From Opitutia bacterium (GTDB lineage: Bacteria > Verrucomicrobiota > Verrucomicrobiia > Opitutales > T3Sed10-336): 64,000 bases of DNA. The position numbers were made by a program, and so were the translations under genes. This document shows, piece by piece, positions 49,583 to 59,801 of the stretch. Within the stretch, counting starts at the first letter, position 1; each line of letters starts with the position of its first letter. The stretch is from NCBI GenBank assembly GCA_050506795.1, contig JBJHCF010000007.1, positions 75,928 to 139,927 on the forward strand, written 5' to 3'. Below the pieces are notes generated by a model, which saw nothing but the letters and a program-made list of their open reading frames with translations, was not told the origin of the DNA and searched no databases.

Positions 49583-51495
49583 GACTGCGCTTCCTTTCTC
49601 CAGGCGTCCAGCAACCGCACGAGTTCCGGAATCACGGTTTCGACCTCTCCAACCACGCCATAATCACAAGCCTGAAAGATAGGCGCGTCTGCATCTTTGT
49701 TGACCGCCAAAACAACACCCGCCCCTTCGAATCCGGTGATGTGTTGCAGCGCCCCGGAGATTCCAAGGGCCACGTAGAGCTTCGGCGCCACCGTCTGACC
49801 GGTTTGACCCACCTGTCGGTCCCTCTCCGCGAATCCCGATTCCACCGCCGGACGCGAGGCCGCGGTTTGAGCCGACTGACCGAAAAATCGCTCCAATGCC
49901 CGCGCCAAACCGCTCGAGTGGCGCTCATACCCTTCCTTCGATCCGCAACCAAGCCCTCCCGCCACAATAATGGGAGTGTTTGCCAGTCCGGCATTCGCCG
50001 ACGCCAATTGAATGGAAACCACCCGCACCCCGGGATCGGATCCGTTCAGATCGGGAACGCACCGGAAAACCTCTCCCTGCCGCATCGGATCGCGTTCGAG
50101 GGCTCGAAAGACGCCCGGACGCGCGGTGGACATTTGCACCCGCGAATTCTGGCTGACAATACATGCCATAATGTTGCCCCCCAGCGCCGGACGGGTCTGC
50201 TGGAGGATTCCGATTCGTCTGGTTTTCCCGCGTATCAGATCCCCCAATACAAGACCCGTACAATCGGCGGTAAGACCGGATTCGCTGGCATAGGCGACCC
50301 GCGGAGCGAGTTCGCGTCCCAGCGGTGTCGCGCTAAAGAGAAATATCTGTGGATTCCATTCCTGAATCAGTTGAACCACGGCCCGGACATAAGGGCCGGG
50401 CACAAAATGGCTCAGAGATGAATGCGCCAGGAGGAAGACCTTGTCGGCCCCATGGGCAATGAGATCCGCGGCCAGATCGTCGGGACACTCACCCGCCACC
50501 ACCGCGCCGACAGATTCGTTCAGGGGCGCAGCCAGATCGCGTGCTTTCCCGAGAAGTTCATAGGACGCCGGGTGGAGGCTGCCCTTTTCATGTTCCGCGT
50601 AAACCCATATGTCGCCGCGGTACTCCGGGGCCTCACCTTGCGGCAATTGATACGATTCGCCCGCTACCCGTTCTTTCCCGTTCCCGTCGGAACGCCCGAA
50701 CGAAGTTTTCAAAAGGTTGGGCAGTTCCCTGAGATCGGCCACCTTGCGACATTTGCGATGGCCTGTTTCAGTGGCGGGAAATATCTTAACCACGGAAGTC
50801 CGCGAGCCGGGCAGTCCGATGCGCTCCCGCTCGGCGCCAATCAATTCGGCATCCCATTTTTGAATATCCTGGGCAAACGCCCATCGGGTTCCCTCGAATG
50901 AAGGGTATGGCGGCAAACTCCACTGGGTAACGGTAACCAGACAGGGGAATCGGGTGGGTGCCAGGGTTTCAACACCCCCCCAAACCAACCGGCGGAAACT
51001 CAGACCGCCTTCCTCCTCGATGGCATGTCCGTCGGCATAGGCAATATGCGCGATACCAAGATCCTCAGCCACCTGAGGCGGCACCTGGGCCGTATCTCCG
51101 TCAACCGACTGCATACCGGTGACTATCAGGTAATTCGTATCGTCACCGAAGATCTCCGTCTGGATCTTGCGAATCGCCCTTGCCAGAGGATAAGCGGTGG
51201 CCGCGGTATCCGCACCCCCGAGCCGTCGATCGGTGAGGAGAATTCCATGGTCCGCCCCCAGAGACAAGGCATAGCGCAAGACCTCGTCCGCGAACGGAGG
51301 CCCCATGGTCAACGCAACAATTAGCCCCGGTTGTTGTTCGCGGATCCTCAGAGCCATCGCCAGGGCCTGCTTGTCCAGATCGTTGCAGACATTCTCCAAC
51401 AAGGCGCGCCTAAGTGTTCCCGACTCCCAATCCCAGGCGTCCTGTGGAATATGTTTGGTATCGGGAACCTGTTTGACCAAGACGACGAAGTTCAT
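49579..51495 (-). CDS. Fused electron transfer flavoprotein beta-alpha (FixAB-like)
   Basis: KQVPD, GADT.AT, DGDTAQV (beta); GLTADCT, RPALGGN, QVGQTG, GISGALQH (alpha), in one 638-aa ORF. Confidence 0.92.
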   Translation of the reverse strand: MNFVVLVKQVPDTKHIPQDAWDWESGTLRRALLENVCNDLDKQALAMALRIREQQPGLIVALTMGPPFADEVLRYALSLGADHGILLTDRRLGGADTAATAYPLARAIRKIQTEIFGDDTNYLIVTGMQSVDGDTAQVPPQVAEDLGIAHIAYADGHAIEEEGGLSFRRLVWGGVETLAPTRFPCLVTVTQWSLPPYPSFEGTRWAFAQDIQKWDAELIGAERERIGLPGSRTSVVKIFPATETGHRKCRKVADLRELPNLLKTSFGRSDGNGKERVAGESYQLPQGEAPEYRGDIWVYAEHEKGSLHPASYELLGKARDLAAPLNESVGAVVAGECPDDLAADLIAHGADKVFLLAHSSLSHFVPGPYVRAVVQLIQEWNPQIFLFSATPLGRELAPRVAYASESGLTADCTGLVLGDLIRGKTRRIGILQQTRPALGGNIMACIVSQNSRVQMSTARPGVFRALERDPMRQGEVFRCVPDLNGSDPGVRVVSIQLASANAGLANTPIIVAGGLGCGSKEGYERHSSGLARALERFFGQSAQTAASRPAVESGFAERDRQVGQTGQTVAPKLYVALGISGALQHITGFEGAGVVLAVNKDADAPIFQACDYGVVGEVETVIPELVRLLDAWRKEAQS

Positions 51496-52137
51496 GCTTA
51501 CCCTATGCAGATAAATCGGAGGTCAGCTCCTTTTGTTTGACCCTAAAGCCTTGCGGAATTCCCGATGGCCCACACACCTTGCAAAATACTGCGGACGCGA
51601 TTTCCCATTACCACTATAGACCATTGGCAAGATCCTTGTCCGGGCACCGTTTGCAAAATTCACCGCATACCTTGTCGCAAACATCCTCATTCCGTCGCCC
51701 CAGTCTACTGGAGCGACCGGCTTGGCAGCGCCGCGTTCCCCGATACCACGGTTGCCCCTTGCCGGAATCACGGATCAGAGTCCGATCAGTGAATTGTTGT
51801 ATCAGGGGAAAACTTTCATGATAAGATGGAGGAGTCCCGACGAACAGCTTGATCCAGACAGACTAATATGCAGGCCTGCGGCATCTAATATCGGCCGAAC
51901 CCAAGTTCATTTTTATGGGCTCACCGAACCCATCCTGCTATACTGTAAACAATCCGAGTTTCTCAGTTTTATATGATTCCAAGCGATCTACCTCACCGTA
52001 GTTGATTAACGTTAAAGGCGGGAGGTGACCAATCAAACCGTCCTTGACGGAATTTCGAAGGAAATACTGAAACCTCAACGGCTTCCACCTCGGGAATTGT
52101 TTTCGCATACAACGACAACCATTATCATTGGATTATT

Positions 52138-52632
52138 ATGCCCACCAAAGAGTTTAAAGTTGCGGTAATTGGATTTGGCGGCCCCCATCAACACGACAAT
52201 GACGTCGGAACCTCAGTCGCCCGTCGGTTGCGTGAGAAAACGCCGCCGGAGATCCCGGTACTGGAGCAATCCGGCAACGCAATCGATTTGATAAACGCCA
52301 TGGAGGGCGCGAACCTGGTCATCCTGGTGGACTCAAGTTGCACCGGCGCCGAACCAGGCACGATTCTGCGCCTTGACGGCAGCGAACGTCCGGGCTACGC
52401 CGACTGGTTCCCCCATTACTCCACCCACTCAGTGGGCCTGTCGGAGTCTTTCCAGGTGAACCAGATGCTGGGGACAATGCCCGAGCGCATGCTCCTTTTC
52501 TGCGTCGAAGGAAGTGACTACTCCCAGGGCGACGGACTTTCACCCGCCGTGGAATCGGCGATCGACAAGGTCGTCGAAATGCTCCTTAAGGAGCTCGATG
52601 ACGTGCGCCCCCCCGCCATTGAACCTTCCTGA
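52138..52632 (+). CDS. Hydrogenase maturation protease-like protein
   Basis: VIGFG...D.DVG, ILVDS, EPGT, STH, GLSPAV. Confidence 0.8.
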   Translation: MPTKEFKVAVIGFGGPHQHDNDVGTSVARRLREKTPPEIPVLEQSGNAIDLINAMEGANLVILVDSSCTGAEPGTILRLDGSERPGYADWFPHYSTHSVGLSESFQVNQMLGTMPERMLLFCVEGSDYSQGDGLSPAVESAIDKVVEMLLKELDDVRPPAIEPS

Positions 52633-52801
52633 AACAATAGGTCGCTTTTCAGTCCTCCCCACGAATTACGCGCAAGCCCCGATATCATGACGGGCAGGCC
52701 ACCCACGTTCCCAGCGATCCCACCCCACGCCCACTCGCCCCACGCCCCTCTCCCCCCCTCTCCCCCCAGACTGAATTTTCCTCATTCCAGCTTGACCCAT
52801 C

Positions 52802-52821
52802 TGTCCTATAGTAGTATGACA
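52802..52821. promoter_or_regulatory. Probable YtrA-type GntR operator
   Basis: Imperfect palindrome TGTCCTATAGTAGTATGACA just upstream of the gntR ATG, downstream of TTGACC. Confidence 0.55.
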
Positions 52822-52829
52822 AAGGGACA

Positions 52830-53243
52830 ATGATTGTTCGGGTTGATTTCAAGTCGGGAAAACCCATTTACCTTCAGGTGGTGGATCAGATCCGTTATGC
52901 GGCCGCTTCCGGACAGCTTCGGCCGGGGGCGGCGCTGCCTTCGATCCGTCCCTTGGCCCAGGAATTGCGGGTGAACCGCAACACGATCGCCAAGGCGTAC
53001 ACCGAACTTGAGAACCAGGGAGTCATTGAAACCCTGCCTGGCAAGGGATCGTTCGTGAAGGACAACCATTGCCCCTTCACCAAGCAGGCCAAACAGAAGC
53101 TGCTGGTGGGAGAAATCGACCAGGCGGTGGTGATGGCGCATCATCTTCAGGTGGACCGCGAGACGTTCCTCGGGCTCGTCCATGAGCGTCTGGATTATTA
53201 TTCCGGCGCGAAGCCGGAAACGAAAGGAAAGGAAAGCAAATGA
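52830..53243 (+). CDS. GntR family regulator (YtrA subfamily)
   Basis: PIYLQ, LPSIR.LA..L.VNRNT..KAY..LE, GKGSFV; short protein ahead of ABC genes. Confidence 0.93.
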   Translation: MIVRVDFKSGKPIYLQVVDQIRYAAASGQLRPGAALPSIRPLAQELRVNRNTIAKAYTELENQGVIETLPGKGSFVKDNHCPFTKQAKQKLLVGEIDQAVVMAHHLQVDRETFLGLVHERLDYYSGAKPETKGKESK

Positions 53244-54142
53244 GTGACTCCGTAATCGAAGTCAGGAATCTCTCGCGGCGTTACGGACGACTGGAAGCGG
53301 TCGATGGCATTGATCTCAAGGTGCGACGCGGCCGCTGCTACGGTTTCTTTGGACGCAACGGCGCGGGGAAAACAACGACCATCAAATGCCTCCTGAATCT
53401 CCTTCGTCCCCACGCCGGGTTCGTGCGCGTGTTCGGTTTGGATCCACAGAGCGATGAGGTAGCCGTCAAAAGGCGTTTGAGCTATGTGCCGGACGCGGTC
53501 GCATTTTATCCCTGGATGTCCGTGCGCAACGTGCTGGATTACCTCGCGTCCTTCCGAGATCACTGGAACGGCGATATCGAAGCCGACCTGCTTCAGCGTT
53601 TCCGTCTGCCTCCGGCACAACGTGCCGCGGCGCTTTCCAAAGGCCAGAAGACCCAGCTTGCCCTCATTTCGGCGATCTGCCCCGAACCGGAGCTGCTGGT
53701 GCTCGACGAACCGACTTCGGGGCTCGACCCTATCGTTCGCCGCGAATTCATCGAAACCGTTATCGGCGCCTACCAGGCGACCGATCCTGACAATCGGACC
53801 GTTTTTGTTTCCACACATCTGATATCGGAGTTCGAAGGCTTGATCGACGAGTTTACAATCATCGAGGGCGGCCGGGAACTTCTCACCATGGAGGCCGACG
53901 ACGCCCGGAGTCGCTTCAAGAAAATCCACGCCAGCTTTCGGGAACCCGTCGGTGCGCTCGATCTGCCGGACGCGGTGCGGATCAAAACCTCCGGCTGTGA
54001 TGTGGAGGTGCTGGCGAACGGGAACAGCGACGATCTGGAAGCCGCTCTCAAGGTTAAAAACCCCGAGGGCCTCCGGGTCGAAGCCTTGTCGCTCGAAGAG
54101 ATCTTTGTGGCCTCGCAAGCCCTGGGAGAAAGGGTGCCATGA
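53240..54142 (+). CDS. ABC transporter ATP-binding protein
   Basis: GRNGAGKTT, LSKGQ, LDEPTSGLDP, STH. Confidence 0.95.
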   Translation: MSDSVIEVRNLSRRYGRLEAVDGIDLKVRRGRCYGFFGRNGAGKTTTIKCLLNLLRPHAGFVRVFGLDPQSDEVAVKRRLSYVPDAVAFYPWMSVRNVLDYLASFRDHWNGDIEADLLQRFRLPPAQRAAALSKGQKTQLALISAICPEPELLVLDEPTSGLDPIVRREFIETVIGAYQATDPDNRTVFVSTHLISEFEGLIDEFTIIEGGRELLTMEADDARSRFKKIHASFREPVGALDLPDAVRIKTSGCDVEVLANGNSDDLEAALKVKNPEGLRVEALSLEEIFVASQALGERVP

Positions 54143-56931
54143 ACGCGCGCACCAGGAAGGAAATGCGTCAATTGGCGCCGGCTTGGCTCGCGGCGCTGCT
54201 GTTGACGACACTGCCCTTCTTGCGGGGTTCGTTTCCGTATATCGACATTGATCCGTTGTCGCGGGGTTTGTCGGTCGGCCCATTCGAAATCGTGGTGGCG
54301 GCGCTTGCCTGGCACATCGCGCCCTTCATTATCGGATTGGTATTTATGGCGGTGACGTCGTTTGGCCGGGAGTTCACGTCTTCCAGTTTCCAGCTTTTCC
54401 TCAGTCAACCGGTATCCCGGCGGCAACTGTGGCGGGAAAAAACGGCGATCCTGGGAATCGCGACCTTGTCGGTGTGGCTGGTGTACTGGACAATGCTTTC
54501 CGGAGCGCGTCAATTCCACCTCGGTCAGGGAGCCCTTGCATTGTTGGTGGCCTTTGGGATTATGACCACCGGCCTGTGGACGACTCTGCTCTTTCGCCAG
54601 GTTGTGCCCGCATTGTGCTTTTCACTCCTGATCCCCTGTCTCCTGTATCCGTTTGTCGGGCCGTTTTTCGGGCTTCTTGCCGGGCTGAGTCTTCCACCCT
54701 GGGTCGGGGTGACGATTGTTTTTCTGCCCTTGGCCGCGTACGGCGCGGCGGGATTCTACTTTGCCCGGTGGCTTTTCGTCCGGGCGCAGGACCTCCAACC
54801 GCTGCGATTTGAACGAATCCGAACCCCTGTGGACCGGGAAACCGCAGTTGCTCACCGACCCGCCGTCCGCCGCCGCGGGACCACCTGGAATCTCACCTTG
54901 AAGGAGATCCGTTTGCACGAGGTGAATTTTTACTGCGCGCTGGTTCTCTTTCTGGTTCTGGGCGCCCTTGCGGTGGTTTTTGCCGCCTGGGAGAAGGAAG
55001 AGGCGTTCGAGGTTGTGGAGATATCAGTCATTCTTGTCCTGCTTTTCATGCCCGTCCTGGTGGGTTCGGTCGCGATCGCCGAAGAACGGAAGCTCGGCAC
55101 GTTGGAAATGCACAATGGATTGCCGGTTTCGAGGGTGCGCCAATTCCTGGTGAAACTTGCGGTGACCTTCATTGCGATTCTGGCATTGGCCCTGGTGCTT
55201 CCGCTGATCGTCATTCACGTCGTTGCCTCCACAGCCGATGTGCACCTCCTTGATGGATACCTCCGGGAAGTCTGGGAGATTAGCGGCTTGGTTGCTTTCG
55301 CGGTGTTTGCCGGGTCCGTTGCGTTCTTCGTTTCCTCCCTGTCCCGAAACACCCCAGCCGCGTTGCTGGTGGCGACGGTGACGTTGGCATTGGCGCTCCT
55401 CGGTTTCGGCTGGATCGTTGATCGGCAATTAGTTGACGTCGTTCTTGCGATAGCGCTGGGCGTGCCGGCGGCCGCGGGGGTACTCCTGATTCTGTCTTTC
55501 AGCAATTACGCATCATCGTTGACGGATTTCCGGCATTTCGCGCGGGTCGTTGCCCGGGCGGCAGCCTGGTGCCTGGGGATCATGGCGATATCAGGTGCGG
55601 CAATCTGGCTTGTATTGGATGTCGCGACCGGCATCAAGCTGCGCCGTGCCATCAGCGCATGGGACGAAGCCGGCATTTCAATGAATGTCCGGGAATACCT
55701 GCCGCCGGTGCCGCCTCGAGAGGAGAATGCGGCTATGATTCTCGAACAGGTGATTAACGACGATTTCCGTTCCGGAGAGCATCGGATGTCCGATCGGGTC
55801 CGAGCTGATACCAGGGATGTGAACGAGATTGCCTACGAACTCCTGTTAAAACTGGAAACAACGACGGTTTCCCCGGAACTTCTCCGGGAATTGGAAATTG
55901 CCTTTGACCGGTCTGAAAACGCGCGTCGGCTTCAGGTTGCCCGGGAAGCGATTGAATACGATCGCTTCTCCACGTATCCGGATTTCGACCTCGGCCCTTC
56001 GTTCAACGTGCCGCACATTTCGGTTATCCGACACCTCGCCCGCCTCCTACAGTCGGAAGCCGTTTTGCGGGCGGCGCAGGGCCGGTGGGAAGAAGCGTAC
56101 GGGAGCCTGGCCGAAAGCCTGCAATTGGGGGAACTTTTGAGCGAGGAGCGGTTCATCATTTCCGCCCTGTCGCAGGTCGCCGTGCGCGGCATGACGTTGC
56201 GGCCGTTGGAGGCTTTTTTGCGCATTCAACCTCCGCAAGAAGAAATGTTCCATCGTTGGCGGGAACTGTTGGCGGGACTCGATCCGATCGACGTCAGCGA
56301 AACACTGGTCTTTGACTCCGTGCTGATGTCACAATGGATTCTGCGCCAATACGACGAAGGGGAGCTTCGTCCCTCGGAATATATGGATGCGAGAGAGCGT
56401 CGCGAGTCACACTTTGCCGATACGTTGGATCGACGTGGGTTTCGCCCATTGCACAAAGCGGGCGTGGCCGCAGTGCTGGATGTGCATCGGGGGCGGATCG
56501 GGATCCTAAGAAGAATACAACAAGGTGATGCTGAAGAAGAGGTTTTGGGGAAATGGGAAGATTCGATGGAAATGGAGGTGCCGTGGTACGCCCCCTGGAC
56601 ATCTGAGTTTCTCGTAGCGGGATCGCGTGTCTTAATCGCCGGCAAGAGGGCCCAGGCCGAGCTGGAGCTGGCTCGCACGGGCCTGGCCGCCCATGCCTAC
56701 CGTGCCGTGGAAAACGAATGGCCCGGGAGCATTGGAGACCTCGTCCCCAGCTACCTTTCGGAAATTCCCCGCGACCCGTTCGACCACGAACCGTTGCGCT
56801 ACATCCGCGACGACACCCGGGTCATTCTCTACAGCATCGGCCTGAACCGGAACGACGACGGCGGAACCCAAGTCGACCGGCTCGATCCGGAACAGCCCGG
56901 CGACATCGTCTGGGTGCTTGAGGAACGTTGA
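54139..56931 (+). CDS. Tandem ABC-2 type permease fused to a large soluble C-terminal domain
   Basis: Two permease repeats (KE...; FGRE/IAEER...PVSR...K); C-terminal DPF..PLRY...LYSIG.N..DDGG. Confidence 0.8.
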   Translation: MNARTRKEMRQLAPAWLAALLLTTLPFLRGSFPYIDIDPLSRGLSVGPFEIVVAALAWHIAPFIIGLVFMAVTSFGREFTSSSFQLFLSQPVSRRQLWREKTAILGIATLSVWLVYWTMLSGARQFHLGQGALALLVAFGIMTTGLWTTLLFRQVVPALCFSLLIPCLLYPFVGPFFGLLAGLSLPPWVGVTIVFLPLAAYGAAGFYFARWLFVRAQDLQPLRFERIRTPVDRETAVAHRPAVRRRGTTWNLTLKEIRLHEVNFYCALVLFLVLGALAVVFAAWEKEEAFEVVEISVILVLLFMPVLVGSVAIAEERKLGTLEMHNGLPVSRVRQFLVKLAVTFIAILALALVLPLIVIHVVASTADVHLLDGYLREVWEISGLVAFAVFAGSVAFFVSSLSRNTPAALLVATVTLALALLGFGWIVDRQLVDVVLAIALGVPAAAGVLLILSFSNYASSLTDFRHFARVVARAAAWCLGIMAISGAAIWLVLDVATGIKLRRAISAWDEAGISMNVREYLPPVPPREENAAMILEQVINDDFRSGEHRMSDRVRADTRDVNEIAYELLLKLETTTVSPELLRELEIAFDRSENARRLQVAREAIEYDRFSTYPDFDLGPSFNVPHISVIRHLARLLQSEAVLRAAQGRWEEAYGSLAESLQLGELLSEERFIISALSQVAVRGMTLRPLEAFLRIQPPQEEMFHRWRELLAGLDPIDVSETLVFDSVLMSQWILRQYDEGELRPSEYMDARERRESHFADTLDRRGFRPLHKAGVAAVLDVHRGRIGILRRIQQGDAEEEVLGKWEDSMEMEVPWYAPWTSEFLVAGSRVLIAGKRAQAELELARTGLAAHAYRAVENEWPGSIGDLVPSYLSEIPRDPFDHEPLRYIRDDTRVILYSIGLNRNDDGGTQVDRLDPEQPGDIVWVLEER

Positions 56932-56968
56932 ACGTTAAAGAGTGGCGGTGTGGACGTTACGGTTGTTT

Positions 56969-57640
56969 TCAGTCCAACGTACGAATCCGGATGTTCCGAA
57001 ACCGCGTCTCATTCCCGTAGTTTTGCAGTCCCAAATAGCCGCTCGATCTCTGCAACGGCTCTTGCCAGGTCGCCGCGCCTTCAGCCGAAACAAAATCGTC
57101 GAGATTCGTTTCCACGATCCTATTGCCGTTAAGGGACACTGACAATGCCTGCCCCTGGAGGCGAATCGTCATTTCCTGCCACTCGCCCGCGCTCCTGCTG
57201 ACACGCCGCACCGGTCCGGCCAATCCATAAAGTGCCCCGGTATATTGCCAATCCCTCAGATTCGCATGCTCGGGAGCTTCGTCATCAAGCAACTGAACCT
57301 CCAACCCCATATCGTTCTCACCCATCCGGAAAAATACTCCGCTATTCCCCCCTTCGGCGACCATGAATTCCAACTGCAATTCGAAGCTCTCATACTTTTT
57401 CGCCGTTCGGAGCTCCCCGGCCGCCCCCGCGCTGCGTCCGTGCACCACCATTTGGCCGTCTTCTACCTTCCAGTCCCGGGCGTGCCCCTCGGTCACCATC
57501 CAGCCAACAAGGTTCACTTCGTTAAAAAGCGGATCAAACCCGTCCTCACGAGCGGACGCCGCCGAATCGGCAAAGCCCCACGGCGGTGACCCAAGGAACC
57601 CGACCATAAAGAGGATAACACCAGTTATTAGAACTTTCAT
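56969..57640 (-). CDS. DUF1080 (3-keto-disaccharide hydrolase-like) exported protein
   Basis: Signal peptide, LFN...L.GW, GNSGVFFR, EVQLLD, GEW, FRNIRIR. Confidence 0.9.
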   Translation of the reverse strand: MKVLITGVILFMVGFLGSPPWGFADSAASAREDGFDPLFNEVNLVGWMVTEGHARDWKVEDGQMVVHGRSAGAAGELRTAKKYESFELQLEFMVAEGGNSGVFFRMGENDMGLEVQLLDDEAPEHANLRDWQYTGALYGLAGPVRRVSRSAGEWQEMTIRLQGQALSVSLNGNRIVETNLDDFVSAEGAATWQEPLQRSSGYLGLQNYGNETRFRNIRIRTLD

Positions 57641-58259
57641 TGAAACGTCAGATCGCGAGAAGAATTCTCCGCTCCTTCCTCATGACAATTTTCACCCGCG
57701 GTTTCAATGAGAAAACGCCCACACGGGGAACACACGCACCGCCTCAATGGTGGCGAGGCGTTTCATTGTCGGACGAAGTACGGAAATCCATAATGACGCC
57801 CGCGAGCCCAACGATCAGATCAATTTCCAATAAGGTACGCATTGCTGCCATTGCCTCGATTTTCATTCGCTCTAAACATTTTCCAACCGGGCTGAAGAAT
57901 TGCAGCGGCAATGGGTTTCAAATCCGCGCCCCGAGACCACCCATGACTTGAGGGCTGGGTGAAAAAGTGGCGGCACGCGTAACGAGGTCGGGCGTTCCTG
58001 TAAACAGGATAACTGCATTGCAGTGTACGACGCCCCGGGCGCAAGGACCTCACTGACCCGGTTTTTGACTGGACGCAGTGCCGCCAGGAACAAGTTGCCA
58101 AATGGCGGAGATTTTTCAAGCATTGTTGAGAAAATCCGGATCGGTTGGTTGCGGGGTTGCGGGATAATCGACGACGTGATTCCGGATATTCGAATGCGGC
58201 TGGAGTATCGGCCGCGCCACTTAATGCAACTGACAAACCGGTTGTCTGGAAAAGAGGCC

Positions 58260-58890
58260 ATGGCCGTTTCCTCTTTCCTGACAAACCATCACATAATCCC
58301 GAACCCACCTGCTGTGAACCCGAAGCACCTTTCCTGTTTTCATTGCCTCCTGGCCCCGGTCGCGGTGGCCGGCGCTTTTCTGTCGTCATTGGCCGCCGCC
58401 CCGGCTGCCGATTCCCTGCTCGTGTGGGAATGGAGAAATCCCCTGCCCCAGGGAAATACCTTGTTCAACGTGGTGCAGACGGAGGACACCCTGCTCGCCG
58501 TCGGGAGCAGCGGAACCATCTTCATCCGGGAAGACGATTTGCTGGAGGCGGTGGAGTCCGGGACGAGCGGGCGTTTCGAAGACGTCCTCTGGTGGGAAAA
58601 CGGAGATGAGTCCGGGTTCATCGCAGTCGGAGGGCATCCGCACCAAAGCGGGCGCCAGCCGATGGAGAGGGTGGTCGCCACCAGCCCGGACGGCCTATCC
58701 TGGGAAATCAGCCAGACCTTGGATGTGCCCGGCTTCCGCTCAACCGCGTGGAACGGCGAATATTTTGGCGCCGCCGATATCGCCGGTGTCTTTCGCAGCG
58801 CCAACGAAACGAGTCACCTACCGCGACAGTATCTCAGTTTCCCAGGCGCCCAGCCGATTTCTCAGAGTGATTGTCACCGACGTCCCGCAA
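58260..58890 (+). pseudogene. Internally deleted surface protein (YCF48/BNR-like propeller start joined out of frame to a C-terminal tail)
   Basis: Signal peptide, WRNPLPQGNTL, AVG..GTI, TSPDGLSW; after ~58770 the plausible sequence RVTYRDSISVSQAPSRFLRVIVT lies in another frame. Confidence 0.6.
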
Positions 58891-58994
58891 ACGGTTCCAC
58901 TCCGTCGAGACGATCCGCTGCTGACCGATCCCCATCATCCTCAAACCGGCATTGGCCGCAATCCTGTCTCCAACATAGACGGAAGCGAAAGGGG

Positions 58995-59402
58995 TCACGA
59001 CGATAACACCACGACCTTGAGATCGGCTATCCTTCGGAAATGAACCTCATCGTTCGCCCCGATCAACACACCGAAACCCAACGCCCGGGCGGTTGCGGAC
59101 ACAGCCATGTCATTCTGCGGGATCGGTGTGCCGTTCGCCCATAACTCAGCGTAAATGTCGGCGTAGTGTTCCGCGATGGCCGCCGTGAACGGGATGACTT
59201 CGAGTTGGTGCCTGAGAGCCTCCAACCGTGCGCGCCTTCTCGCCGCGCGCTTCACGCTGTCAGCAAGTCTGACCCCGGCCAGGGCTTCCGCCCAGACAAT
59301 GGCGGGCAACCCGATCTCCTCTTCAGGCAGACGGATATCGGCTGATGTTTCCAGCGCTCGTTCGAGAATCACCAGCGCGGAGGTATCCAGGATTAACGCC
59401 AT
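58995..59402 (-). CDS. vapC: PIN-domain toxin (VapC family)
   Basis: LILDTSAL, WAEALAG, PIPQNDMAVSATA, HF.RI. Confidence 0.9.
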   Translation of the reverse strand: MALILDTSALVILERALETSADIRLPEEEIGLPAIVWAEALAGVRLADSVKRAARRRARLEALRHQLEVIPFTAAIAEHYADIYAELWANGTPIPQNDMAVSATARALGFGVLIGANDEVHFRRIADLKVVVLSS

Positions 59403-59653
59403 GGATTGTCCAACGGACGGTCCGCCTCGTTCACACGCTCCAAATCATCGGAGAACCCGGGATCGGCGGGGACTTCCCGGAGCGCCTCGACGACCTTGGA
59501 CAAAGCCGTTGTGCGGGGCGCGGGAAGCGGGCCCATCACGGCAATCGGCCGATCGTTTTTCGTCAGAATGAACGTCTCGCCCGTGTGTTTGATCCTCGCC
59601 AGGCAATCTCCGAAATGTCTCGCCGCCTCGGTACTGGATATCGTCACAGTCAT
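59393..59653 (-). CDS. Phd/YefM family antitoxin
   Basis: ISSTEAARHFGDCLARI...GE...TKNDRPIA; overlaps the PIN start. Confidence 0.88.
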   Translation of the reverse strand: MTVTISSTEAARHFGDCLARIKHTGETFILTKNDRPIAVMGPLPAPRTTALSKVVEALREVPADPGFSDDLERVNEADRPLDNPWR

Positions 59654-59659
59654 ACAGAA

Positions 59660-59672
59660 GTATGTAACATAC
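59660..59672. promoter_or_regulatory. Probable TA operator
   Basis: Palindrome GTATGT-A-ACATAC 7 bp upstream of the ATG; TTGACT on the minus strand at 59689-59684. Confidence 0.6.
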
Positions 59673-59801
59673 AGATTTCCGTAAGTCAAGACGCTTCACG
59701 GTCGAACACGCCCATCGGAAAAGTTCACCCTTTCCTCCACCGGAAATCGGCGTAGAATGGAAAATCGAAGCCGTCCCGACCACTTTGTTCCCGGTAAAGC
59801 T

